A model generated the notes under the pieces. It saw nothing but the letters and a program-made list of their open reading frames with translations. It did not search any database and was not told the origin of the DNA. Of a stretch of DNA of 64,000 bases, positions 48,999 through 58,790 are shown piece by piece. The number at the start of each line of letters is the position of its first letter. Within the stretch, counting starts at the first letter, position 1. Both the position numbers and the translations under genes were made by a program. The stretch is taken from assembly GCA_963663765.2 (NCBI GenBank), contig CAXXUA010000013.1, positions 416,001 to 480,000 on the forward strand, written 5' to 3'. Origin of the DNA: Candidatus Poribacteria bacterium. Lineage in GTDB: Bacteria > Poribacteria > WGA-4E > WGA-3G.

Positions 48999-50435
48999 TC
49001 ATTTTACTTGTATCAGAACTGCCCAATGTGCATTGGCAGGTTGTGATAACGTTATGCTATCACTGTATGGAATTTCTTTTTCCAGTGTCCATTGACTTTT
49101 GCGGATATTTAGCCATCTCATAGTTATTGATTTTTTATCAGTGTTCTTGTCAACACTCAGATCGAGATCTACCGAACCACCTTTTGGGAAATAGATAGCG
49201 TATTCTTTCCCAGGAGTTGCGATACCATAAGCTTCATTTTCTTCTCTGTTTGAGAGTAGTTTATTGTTGGGTTCACATTTGAACACGTTCATTTCGTCCG
49301 TGATCATTCGCATGCTTTTGAGATGTGCTTGTGCGATTTCGGTGAGTCCAACGCCGCTATCTGGACGGTGAAACCGTGCTGATGCAAACCCACCGAAAAT
49401 GTTTCTCCAAAATCGTTCTAAACCATCACGCGTACTACCGAAGCGTCCACCATCTGCCCCGTAAATCTTAATGTTATTGATGGGACGAATAGGGGAAAGT
49501 TTTGCGCGTATTTTTTGTGCGTTATCCCAATGCCGCTGTCGTTTTTGATGGTTGTTTTGCGATATATCGCAGAAGGAGTAGGTTTCAGGATGATCAAAAG
49601 TGGCTTTGTGTTTCTTATCGGATAGGTCCCACGGGTCCCACATTTCAGTTGTTTCAACGGCACGTCCTACTTCCTTTGCTTTTTTCTGTATGTATGTTGC
49701 CCAGTATTCACCCCATGCGGCAGTGACTGCAGTTTCGTTGTCCATGCAGTAGAGTATTTGTCCGTAGGGTAATGTCTCCTCAAGAAGTTTATCCACAAAC
49801 TTTTCCTGATATTTCAGAACGGTCTTTTGATTACGTTCTTTCGGGACAGACCAGAAAAAATTGTTTTTTGTTGCAACAGGATGGCTATTTACAACTGTTG
49901 GTAAGCCTGTTTCTTCAGCAGTGTAATTGCTGTTGTTTTTTGGATTGAAGGGGTTCTCATCCCACGATTCTCGGTAATAGGTGAAGGTTCCCCAGACTTC
50001 AATTTGAACGATAATGTCCATCTCGTGTGTCCACTTAATGAAGTTCCGAAAATTGTTCCAAAATTCCTCGTTCCATTGATTTAAGTCATACTTCTCACCG
50101 ACTTTTTTGAACGGTGGTATGTTTCCTTCATCATTCCATCCCATTGTAGAACGCACATAGTTGCCTCCTACAGACTGCAACAACTCCAGATGTTCTCTAA
50201 GGTTCGGTATCTGAAATAAGTTGTCTTCAACTGAACCTCCAATGAGTAGAATTGGTTTGCCTTTGTATTGCCAGTAACGTGGGTTTTCAGAATAGATTTT
50301 GATACGATTTTCTTCCATATTATTTTCCTTTTCGGCTGTAATTTCCAGTGCTGCAATTGAGCAAATGGATACAAGTATGAGTAAAGTCAACACGAGTTTG
50401 TTGTATGTAAAATCTGTCTTGAACAGACACTTCAT
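48999..50435 (-). CDS. Secreted TIM-barrel glycoside-hydrolase-like protein with C-terminal beta-sandwich (DUF4038/DUF6298-like)
   Basis: NPRYWQYKGKPILL, GGNYVR, NPFNPKNN, DNE; C-terminal YAIYFP..RWLN..WAVLI. Confidence 0.65.
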   Translation of the reverse strand: MKCLFKTDFTYNKLVLTLLILVSICSIAALEITAEKENNMEENRIKIYSENPRYWQYKGKPILLIGGSVEDNLFQIPNLREHLELLQSVGGNYVRSTMGWNDEGNIPPFKKVGEKYDLNQWNEEFWNNFRNFIKWTHEMDIIVQIEVWGTFTYYRESWDENPFNPKNNSNYTAEETGLPTVVNSHPVATKNNFFWSVPKERNQKTVLKYQEKFVDKLLEETLPYGQILYCMDNETAVTAAWGEYWATYIQKKAKEVGRAVETTEMWDPWDLSDKKHKATFDHPETYSFCDISQNNHQKRQRHWDNAQKIRAKLSPIRPINNIKIYGADGGRFGSTRDGLERFWRNIFGGFASARFHRPDSGVGLTEIAQAHLKSMRMITDEMNVFKCEPNNKLLSNREENEAYGIATPGKEYAIYFPKGGSVDLDLSVDKNTDKKSITMRWLNIRKSQWTLEKEIPYSDSITLSQPANAHWAVLIQVK

Positions 50436-50653
50436 AAATAATCTCCTGAAGGATTAGGTTGTATGGTGTCATAGCAATCGTTTTACGTTGAGAACCGACA
50501 TATATATATTGTAACATAAGATTATTCAGGATACCAATTCAATAATGGTCTTCATGCCACGTATGTGATATGATATGCCGATTATGGTTAATCCTTTCAA
50601 AGGCTGTTGTTAAACATTTTTTTGATTTCAATTTTGTTTATATTTGTTACTCG

Positions 50654-51746
50654 CTATTGTTTCCACCAAGGTGCAAGTCTGGGTGGTGTACTATAACCAA
50701 GTTTTTCTCCTCGGCAATACTCACTAAGTTTTCTCCCAAATATTTCAATTTTTTGCCGTGTCTTTGAGGACTTTCCCCAGCGATACCAAAATCGAAAAAT
50801 GAGCGCAAAAAGTCTCGGATCAACATCTTGAGATTCAATATTGAGTCCTAATTCCTCTTCTATTTGTAAACGCCAATATTTTGCAGTAGGGGACAATGCA
50901 GGTTTAATCTGCTCAAAGACAGCAGAAATTTGAAATAGATCACGGGTTTGTAAAGCTTCTTTATAGACTTGCCGGCAACTTTGTTCTTGTTGGGCAATTT
51001 CGTAGGTCCATGCAGCGTGATTACGAACCCACCAACTTGGATCGTTTGATTTCAAATTTTCTAGCAATACAATAGCATCGTCGAATCCAAACCATGGTAA
51101 AATTGAAACACCCAGATTACGCTCTTTTGCATAATGACTCGTTATATATTCCTGTATTACATAATTCCTCTTTACCCCCTCCAGCCAAAGCAGCAATTGT
51201 CATAAACATAATTTCTTCATCGTTTTGACATTCCTCTAAAATAGTGCGCCTAATCAGAACATGTTCTGGTGTGTTACACTGCTCTACTTTCCATAGTTGT
51301 GCGATGAAAGTCTCAATTCCATATTGGTTATAATAAATCGTTCTAATCCTTTCGGCACTCCATTTTTGGTAGAATCTCATTGCCCTTTCAGCATGGTGAC
51401 GTAGTAATAAGCAAAGGATAGTATTAGTATAATCACTCAATATTTGGTGAAACTGTGGAGAATTAACAAGTCCTATGAGGTATTCAGCAGATAATTGTAG
51501 GAATTCTTACTTATTTTGTTCAGCCCAAGTTTGTAAGACCTTTGTATTGATTGAAAACCGAATTTCTTCAATAGTCTTAAGATTATGTCGTATTACCTTG
51601 AAGAATTGAACATATTCGTCCCATAAGTTCGCTTCCCCAACGAGATAGATCCTCACATCGATCTTGAACGCAGATGTAAGAACCCACAATTTCCAAAGGT
51701 AGCAATGGTACAAGATTCTCATACTCAGGAATATCTTTAATTTCAT
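50654..51746 (-). pseudogene. Fragment of a large helical (HEAT-like) protein gene, with in-frame stop and frameshift
   Basis: ORFs 51507-51746 and 51117-51440 share a frame across one TAA; frameshift near 51160; NDPSWWVRNHA HEAT-like motif; the final stop lies inside an IS end. Confidence 0.65.
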
Positions 51747-51785
51747 AAAATGGTAGTGAAAGTTTTACACTTTCTTTACGAACTC

Positions 51786-52018
51786 ATAGCGAGTAACATC
51801 TAAGAATCGTTGAAAGTTACCCGAAAATTTATCATTGAATATGCTAGATTACGAAAACCTAAACGGGTTTCTTTGAGTTTATCATAACTTAGAGCGAGTC
51901 TTCGGTAAGTATCTTGCCACCCGAAAGTTCGCTCTACTTTATACCGTTCTTTGTATATATCTTTTCTAAACCACCGGAAGTTGCGCAATTGGAAACAAGG
52001 TTTTAGCGATCTAGTCAT
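51786..52018 (-). mobile_element. IS5-family transposase C-terminal remnant with terminal IR
   Basis: YKERYKVERTFGWQDTYRRL..YD motif; TGTTACTCGCTAT directly after the stop, with an inverted copy at 50645-50657. Confidence 0.8.
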
Positions 52019-52108
52019 GAAAATCTGTTGTGGATTACATAATTTTCGTCTAAACTTCAGACCTTGGTGTTATGATAAACATTTCGATTAAACTTATATA
52101 ATGTCTAA

Positions 52109-52452
52109 CAATACCTTCGCCATTTTTGAGTGCTTCAGTTGAATGAGTATATAGTGTTGATCTACCATTGCTCTGTGATATTGTTAGGATTACATAAATA
52201 AAAATAACTTCAGGTTTTCGTTGAAGTATTTTTAATTATCATAGCGTCTAATTTGACGATAGAATCTGACAGAATAATTTATATGCACAATCTGGAAGAA
52301 TGTGCTACAACTGACCGCACAATCTGGAAGAATGTGCTACAACTGACCGCACAATCTGGAAGAATGTGCTACAACTGACCGCACAATCTGGAAGAATGTG
52401 CTACAACTGACCGCACAATCTGGAAGAATGTCTATTATTGGCGAAGGTATTG
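52109..52452. mobile_element. CAATACCTTCGCCA-TIR MITE copy 3 (4 VNTR units + partial)
   Basis: Perfect 14-bp TIRs; 6-bp TSD GTCTAA; 344 bp, which is copy 2 plus 2 x 32 bp; unit variant ends CTGACC. Confidence 0.92.
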
Positions 52453-52491
52453 GTCTAATAGAAAAGGTATCATAAACTCTGTCAATGATGT

Positions 52492-52697
52492 CGGTGTGTA
52501 AAGTATTTGGTTTATGTGTTGTCAGAATTACGGATTACACAGATTTCTGGAATATTACGGATAAGGGTTCATACGCATGTTTAATGCTTTTAATAAACGT
52601 TATCTAAGCAATACGACCAGGTGCAATAGTCTTCTCCGCGTGATCCGTGTAATCAGCGTAATCCGAGATTCTGTCTGCGAAAAAACTATACACACCC
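52492..52697. mobile_element. Degenerate IS256-like MITE copy 3
   Basis: GGTGTGTAAAGTATTT / AAAAACTATACACACCC; no clear TSD; cargo is ACGGATTAC-type repeats, also seen at ~15250. Confidence 0.55.
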
Positions 52698-52760
52698 TGT
52701 ACATACGAAACTCACCTAAATGTGTGTACTAAATCCAAAATATGAACAAATGCATACCAA

Positions 52761-54290
52761 TTAGAATTCAACCAGTAACTGTGGAACAATTGTTGCGCTT
52801 CGCGTAGACTTTTCAACATTATTCACTTGATAAACGATACGCGCTAATGCTCCCTCTGTGAAATGCCATGTCAATCCGCCACCCAATGTTGACCAAACCT
52901 GTTCATCCTGTTCACGATTGAATGCAAACGAACTATACATCTCTGTATCTGGATTCCACACATCATACTTTAACCGAATATCCAAAGACTCAGTTATAGG
53001 CAACTCTACATGCCAATAGTATCCTTCAACATTTGCATTACGATCTACTGGTGAAAGAGGAATTTGAAGATACTTCAGGAGTTGTGTATCTTGTCCCTGC
53101 ACCCATTCGGCAGCAAGATTGAAACGCCACACCCTAAAATTTGTCGCAATACCAAAACGACGTTTATATACCAAAGTTGATGGGTTGACATCACCATTGA
53201 TTGGATTGAATGGATAACTATTCCCATCAAAATAGGAAGCACCTAACCATATTCGTTTACCGAAAAACGGTACCGTACCGTTCAGATGCAAAAACAAGGG
53301 AGGACTGTTATTTCTAATTGGTTCCAAAATACCACCTCCGCTCCCATGTGGTCCGATACGGATACCAGAGACCACCGTACCATCCGTTACAGTACGAAGT
53401 GAATCCGGACCATCTGCAAGTGAAAACGTATAGGAGATAGGCCCGACAAAACCGTTCAGTTGAAAACCACGATCAGAGATAAAACCGATATTTTTCCGTA
53501 CCAAATTATACAAAGGATTCGCTGCAGCATCTGACTTCGTATCAATACCAAAACCGTGACGGAAACGTCCAATTTTCAAGGATGCACCTTTCGGCAAAAC
53601 TGGCAACCCAGTCAGAATTGCATAAATAAATCCGTGGTCATCCGCGACTTGTGAACCTAATTGTGATGTGGTAAGCAGCTGTTCGCCTAACAGACTCACA
53701 TGGTCGCCAACATTTGTTGTTACCACGAGTTCCGCAACATGGATCATTGTAATTCCAGTATCCCAATTATCCCTATCCGGTATCAGATCTTTTCCGCGAG
53801 TGATTCTACGGATATCCAACGCACCACCAAATATTAAGTCACCAAACGCACCACCGAAAAGGTCGGAACTACCCGTATCCTCAGTCATATCAGGATCATC
53901 AAAGCTAAATACATCCTCACTATCAGTCTCTGATTCGTCATCAGATGTAGAGAGAACCTCTGAAGATTCCACATTTTTAGGTGTGCTGGAAGCATCTCCT
54001 GGATAAGACCGGGCAAGAATTTCTGCGATATTACTAAAACCATCTTTATCAGAATCCTCCTCTGAAATGCGGAGGAAGGTTGACTGATTCATACCATTGT
54101 GTAAAAACGCTCTACCGTAAGGATTAGGAGAATCGCCACCTTTCTTTGACAGATGACAAACATTACAACCTCCTGTCCATTCATATTTAGCTTTGAACAT
54201 TTTGTAGAACGCAGGTAAAGCAAATGCGGACTGACCTGTGATGATAAAAAAACTGCAAACTATAAGACATGAAACAATTTTCTTTCGCAT
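52761..54290 (-). CDS. Monoheme cytochrome c - beta-barrel porin fusion (Cyc2-like architecture)
   Basis: Signal peptide AFA|LPAF, single CNVCH, NPYGRAF..NG, DSDKDGFSN..E Ca-binding-like motif, acidic linker, amphipathic beta-strands (LKIGRF) and terminal Phe. Confidence 0.75.
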   Translation of the reverse strand: MRKKIVSCLIVCSFFIITGQSAFALPAFYKMFKAKYEWTGGCNVCHLSKKGGDSPNPYGRAFLHNGMNQSTFLRISEEDSDKDGFSNIAEILARSYPGDASSTPKNVESSEVLSTSDDESETDSEDVFSFDDPDMTEDTGSSDLFGGAFGDLIFGGALDIRRITRGKDLIPDRDNWDTGITMIHVAELVVTTNVGDHVSLLGEQLLTTSQLGSQVADDHGFIYAILTGLPVLPKGASLKIGRFRHGFGIDTKSDAAANPLYNLVRKNIGFISDRGFQLNGFVGPISYTFSLADGPDSLRTVTDGTVVSGIRIGPHGSGGGILEPIRNNSPPLFLHLNGTVPFFGKRIWLGASYFDGNSYPFNPINGDVNPSTLVYKRRFGIATNFRVWRFNLAAEWVQGQDTQLLKYLQIPLSPVDRNANVEGYYWHVELPITESLDIRLKYDVWNPDTEMYSSFAFNREQDEQVWSTLGGGLTWHFTEGALARIVYQVNNVEKSTRSATIVPQLLVEF

Positions 54291-54355
54291 GGTAGGTTCC
54301 TTGTTTTGTCAATCAATATGAAAATTGACATCTTTGAACTAATTTACGAACACGG

Positions 54356-55333
54356 TTAATATGACTCAAGGTCTATCTCTTCACCTTTAAATCTAATATG
54401 TGATTGATTGACCATTTTTTCAATCTCTTCCCACTGTTTTCGCGTTTCGTCAGTAATTCCATTCTTACCAATTGCTGCAGCAAAATCTATCATAGACTTG
54501 CTAAACTTTTCCTGAAGTTCAGTATATTCTTCACTTTTATCAGCATTTTTTGGTGGTTCAAAATCGGCGATGAGTTTGGTGTAGGCAGCAAGTTTTTTCG
54601 CAGCTGTGACCGCTTCCGATTGTCCTTCACCTTTCTCAAAGTAATCCAAAATCACGAAATAATCGTCAATCATCAAATTCATGAGTTCTTTTAAGTCTTC
54701 TACCTCAGGTAATTCCACATCGGATTCCTTGGGTTGTGGTTTCTTTTCCTCATCCGATTTCGGTTTTCGTTTGAGGAAGAGTGCATAACTCATAACAAGT
54801 GTCTTTTTCGGTAGAAGTGCCACTGCTACTGATGCATCTTCGTGGTCCTTAACCGCCTCTATATCTTCCCCAACTTTAAAAGCATCATCAATACCTTTAT
54901 CTATGAACTGCTTCAGGAACTTATCAGACGCAATCGCATCCGTTTCCTTATGCTCATAAACAGATACCTTAACCACTTTTCCCTTCATATTGAGTCCAAC
55001 AGAACCTTCAATAGTCCCGTGTGGACCCTTTGCATCAACAAATAAAACCAAGCCAATTGGTTTCTTATCGTGACTAATGGGAATATAGAAAATTGGTTTA
55101 AGGTCCTCTTTAAGAAGTTTCGCACCCAATTCCTTCTCAATGGATGTAATTTTATCTTTTGTAAGAGACACACTTCGCTGAACGAATTTTTTGGCTTTTG
55201 GGAAGATCGCATCCAGTTTCTCCCCTGGATATTCAGTTTCATGTGCATTGACATAAATAGGCGTGATTATCATGGCGGAAAATATAACCAGCAAAATCCC
55301 CATTTGAGTTAGTCGCATTTTTTGAAATAACAT
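54356..55333 (-). CDS. Periplasmic FMN_bind-like domain + helical bundle protein
   Basis: KG.HG.I..SVGL...G.V..V.V..HKE......FLKQF.GK-like FMN_bind core; the flavinylation motif is absent. Confidence 0.65.
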   Translation of the reverse strand: MLFQKMRLTQMGILLVIFSAMIITPIYVNAHETEYPGEKLDAIFPKAKKFVQRSVSLTKDKITSIEKELGAKLLKEDLKPIFYIPISHDKKPIGLVLFVDAKGPHGTIEGSVGLNMKGKVVKVSVYEHKETDAIASDKFLKQFIDKGIDDAFKVGEDIEAVKDHEDASVAVALLPKKTLVMSYALFLKRKPKSDEEKKPQPKESDVELPEVEDLKELMNLMIDDYFVILDYFEKGEGQSEAVTAAKKLAAYTKLIADFEPPKNADKSEEYTELQEKFSKSMIDFAAAIGKNGITDETRKQWEEIEKMVNQSHIRFKGEEIDLESY

Positions 55334-55401
55334 CTTTAATCTCCTTATATTGATGTGTAGTGCTGCCGACTTGAACAGATGACGACAGCACTGACAAAGC
55401 G

Positions 55402-56412
55402 TTAATCTACCACTTCAACCATGAATGTTGGAAACAGAATCTGATCCTTATGCTTCAACTGACCAATAATTTGATATACACCAACTTTTGGAAATTTTGT
55501 CATAAGCATAATGGAAGGGCCGAATTTCTCTGGTGTAGAACCTTGATGCTGATGTCCTATTGTAGCAGGTTTCTTCATATTATGTCCTGCATGCGGATCT
55601 TTCTTCATCATCTTGGTTTTATCTCCATCCATTGGAACTGTACCATGCGTATGTAGTATACCATCTAAACGGGTACTAACGATAGCAAAATGCATCGGTG
55701 CATCTAAAAATGGCACGAAATCGGTGATCGGTTTACTTTCACGTGAAAAATTATAAGTGATATGAACCATCTCACCTACTTTGATTTTTTCTGGAGCATC
55801 TATTTTCACATAATATGTAGATTTCACATTCTTATCAGCGAGAGAGACAGCTTTTGTAAACCGATCCCCACCTTCTTCAGTATATCCGTTGACCATTTTT
55901 TCTCTACGGAAGTCTTGGGTAATGTCAGACATCTTCTTGTTTCCTACGACATCTACAGATACGTATTTTGAGAATTCAGCATCTTCTGTCATCACATCCA
56001 GAGCCAGAATATATCTACCAGCAACTGGAAAAGTAAAGTGAACTGTATATGTACCATCAAGTTCAGCTAAGATGTCACGTGATTCAAAATCTTCAGGATG
56101 AATATGTCCAAAAACCTGCAGATTCTCACTGACTATTATAACGTGGAGAACTCTATCATGATGAACCATTAAATCAGTAAAAGGTTCACCTTTCTCATCG
56201 GTAAGATCAAACTTCAGCATCGTAGGTTTACCTGCATGAATCATTTCCGGTTCGGTGTGAAGCGTGACATTTAGATTTGTATGTTTTTCTACCTTATGTG
56301 AATCGTCCGTTGAATGTTGTTCAGCAAGTCCTATGTTCACAAGAAACAAGCTAATAACAAAAATTGATACGACACTATGTAAATTGAAAATTCTGAAATT
56401 CCGGGATTGCAT
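55402..56412 (-). CDS. Secreted His-rich heavy-metal-binding protein (duplicated Ig-like domain)
   Basis: HHDRVLHVIIVS..HIHP..FP..GRY and FLDAPMHFAIVS..LHTHG..FP..GVY; HAGH/HQH linker; GGAGG RBS before ATG 56412. Confidence 0.75.
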   Translation of the reverse strand: MQSRNFRIFNLHSVVSIFVISLFLVNIGLAEQHSTDDSHKVEKHTNLNVTLHTEPEMIHAGKPTMLKFDLTDEKGEPFTDLMVHHDRVLHVIIVSENLQVFGHIHPEDFESRDILAELDGTYTVHFTFPVAGRYILALDVMTEDAEFSKYVSVDVVGNKKMSDITQDFRREKMVNGYTEEGGDRFTKAVSLADKNVKSTYYVKIDAPEKIKVGEMVHITYNFSRESKPITDFVPFLDAPMHFAIVSTRLDGILHTHGTVPMDGDKTKMMKKDPHAGHNMKKPATIGHQHQGSTPEKFGPSIMLMTKFPKVGVYQIIGQLKHKDQILFPTFMVEVVD

Positions 56413-56523
56413 TGTGATTCCTCCATATATAAAACCCGTTAACAAATAGGATAATATACATACGTATATCCTACAAAATCATAATATACTTGATAGAATA
56501 TAATCAAATTGATAAAAGACTAC

Positions 56524-56964
56524 TTATGAATGGGTATAAGGAGGACCACGGCGTGAAATGTTACTCTTTGAGATGTAGGAAAACATCTTCATTGGGGTAG
56601 GATTATGAAGTAATTTTCCTTGAGATTGAAGTTGAACAGGATAGGGAGTGACAACAGAATAATAGGACTGCTTTATCGTTTCACGAAAAGTGTCGCTATT
56701 GTCCGTTTTGTTAGATAGAATGAGTTCTAATTCTGTTTCACAGCACTCAGTTTGAGATTGTGATGGTGATTCAGAACTATTCTCTGCATCTGTTTCAGAT
56801 TTATGACAACACGTAGTTCCTGTATCAGCATAATCTGCCAGAATTTCTGTGGATACATTACCACATAATTTCTGTTCAAAAGCAGCACAGAAAAGCGGAC
56901 ATGTGTAATGAAGACACATCAAAGCAACAAGTAATATTGGAACTAGCAAACGTTTACTAAACAT
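56524..56964 (-). CDS. Cys-rich secreted small protein with C-terminal RGPP (DUF2946-like)
   Basis: Hydrophobic N-terminus, CPLFC, CC, CC, ends RRGPPYTHS*; GGAG RBS before ATG 56964. Confidence 0.7.
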   Translation of the reverse strand: MFSKRLLVPILLVALMCLHYTCPLFCAAFEQKLCGNVSTEILADYADTGTTCCHKSETDAENSSESPSQSQTECCETELELILSNKTDNSDTFRETIKQSYYSVVTPYPVQLQSQGKLLHNPTPMKMFSYISKSNISRRGPPYTHS

Positions 56965-57175
56965 CGCTAAATTACTCCACTTTTTGAAAAGATACAGAAA
57001 TGGTTTTAACTCACTTGATATATTATACACCATAAATAGAAAAAGTTGCAAATAAATTAGACTTATAACACTTTCATATTATTTGAGGTTTTTTGTCTTA
57101 ATCATGATTAGAATATCTGGTATAATACCATAAAATACTCGATTAAACAATAGAAATTCTGTAAAAGGAATAGCA

Positions 57176-58636
57176 ATGGAACAACGTCCAAATATCCTCT
57201 GGTATTGTACTGACCAACAACGATTTGACACAATCGGCGCATTAGGAAATCCACACATAAACACACCAAGACTTGATGAGTTTGTAGAGCAATCCGTTTC
57301 GTTCACCCATGCCTATTGCCAATCTCCAATATGCACCCCATCACGCGCAAGTTTTATGACCGGCATGTATCCATCCGCTGTAAGTGTAACCGGCAACGGG
57401 AATCCTGTTTTTCCCTCATATTATGAAGATAGGTTAATTTCGCATATACTTGCTAAAAACGGGTACGACTGTGGCTTAATCGGCAAACTGCACCTTGCAA
57501 GTGCCTTTGAAGCACAAGAAGCGCGCGTAAACGATGGGTATCGCTACTTTGCATATAGTCATGACCACGGTAAACCAAAAGCCTTCGGACATGATTACGC
57601 AGATTGGGTGCGCCAGCAAGGTGAAGACCTCGCAAAACTTTTACAGCAACGAGTCGTTGTCCAAAAACCGAAGAAAAAGACTGGACAGTTCCCAGAACCA
57701 ACACCCGAATGTGACAATATCCCACCACATTTACATCAAACCTATTGGTGCACTGAAAAAACAATCGAATTCATAAACAAAAATCGTCGAAAAAATCAAC
57801 CATGGATGCTCAATATAAATCCATTTGACCCACATCCAGGTTTTGATGCACCTTGGGAATATTATAGACGTTACAAGCCTAAAGAACTTCCCGGATGTCA
57901 CTTTCAAAAGAGCGATATTGCATATCAATCTAAATTAACGGATGCGGGAATTGATTTTCAAACGCAAGCAAGACACCCATCTGATTTCAATAATAAGCAA
58001 ATCCAAGCATCATATTACGCAATGATTGAACAAATTGACCACGAATTTGGTCAAATAATTGATCACCTTGATTCTGAAGGACTTCGTGAAAATACCATCG
58101 TGATATTTACTTCAGATCACGGGGAATCGCTTGGAGATCATGGCTTGGTACACAAAGGATGCCGTTTCTACGAAGGATTAACAAGAGTACCATTGATAAT
58201 TTCATGTCCAACACGATTCATGGAAAATGTTCAAAGCAACGCACTCGTAGAACTACTTGACATAGTACCTACATTATACGAAATCTTGAATATAGAAATA
58301 CCTTACTATGTGCAAGGACAATCGCTTGCATCTATACTATGTGGAGACACGCCAATTAATGAACATCGGGAAGCAGTGCGTAGCGAGTTCTTCGGCGCTT
58401 TGTCAACACCCGACCAAACACATGCTACAATGTATCGAAACAGACGTTGGAAACTTGTGGTTTACCATAACAAAGGAATATGTGAACTCTATGATCTTGA
58501 AAATGACCCATGGGAACACAACGACCTTTCCGATCACGTTGATTTTCAAAACATCAAGTGGGAATTGATTCAAAAGAGTTTTGACGCTACTGTCTACGCA
58601 CACCCACAGATGATACCACGAGTTGCTTCGCATTAG
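57176..58636 (+). CDS. Sulfatase (S1 family)
   Basis: RPNILW..TDQQR, CTPSRASFMTG, GKLH, SDHGE, ELYDLENDPWE. Confidence 0.94.
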   Translation: MEQRPNILWYCTDQQRFDTIGALGNPHINTPRLDEFVEQSVSFTHAYCQSPICTPSRASFMTGMYPSAVSVTGNGNPVFPSYYEDRLISHILAKNGYDCGLIGKLHLASAFEAQEARVNDGYRYFAYSHDHGKPKAFGHDYADWVRQQGEDLAKLLQQRVVVQKPKKKTGQFPEPTPECDNIPPHLHQTYWCTEKTIEFINKNRRKNQPWMLNINPFDPHPGFDAPWEYYRRYKPKELPGCHFQKSDIAYQSKLTDAGIDFQTQARHPSDFNNKQIQASYYAMIEQIDHEFGQIIDHLDSEGLRENTIVIFTSDHGESLGDHGLVHKGCRFYEGLTRVPLIISCPTRFMENVQSNALVELLDIVPTLYEILNIEIPYYVQGQSLASILCGDTPINEHREAVRSEFFGALSTPDQTHATMYRNRRWKLVVYHNKGICELYDLENDPWEHNDLSDHVDFQNIKWELIQKSFDATVYAHPQMIPRVASH

Positions 58637-58790
58637 TAAAAAACTACTAAACGATATTCTGTCGATGCTCTAATGCGTATCAAAAAAATTGAAAGCAAAT
58701 CTTGTAGTTTTGTGTTATACTGATTAAAAAATAATAGAATGTCCTGAAATGACTTTCTAAACCCAATTCCGTTCAAGGAGTAATACCGTT

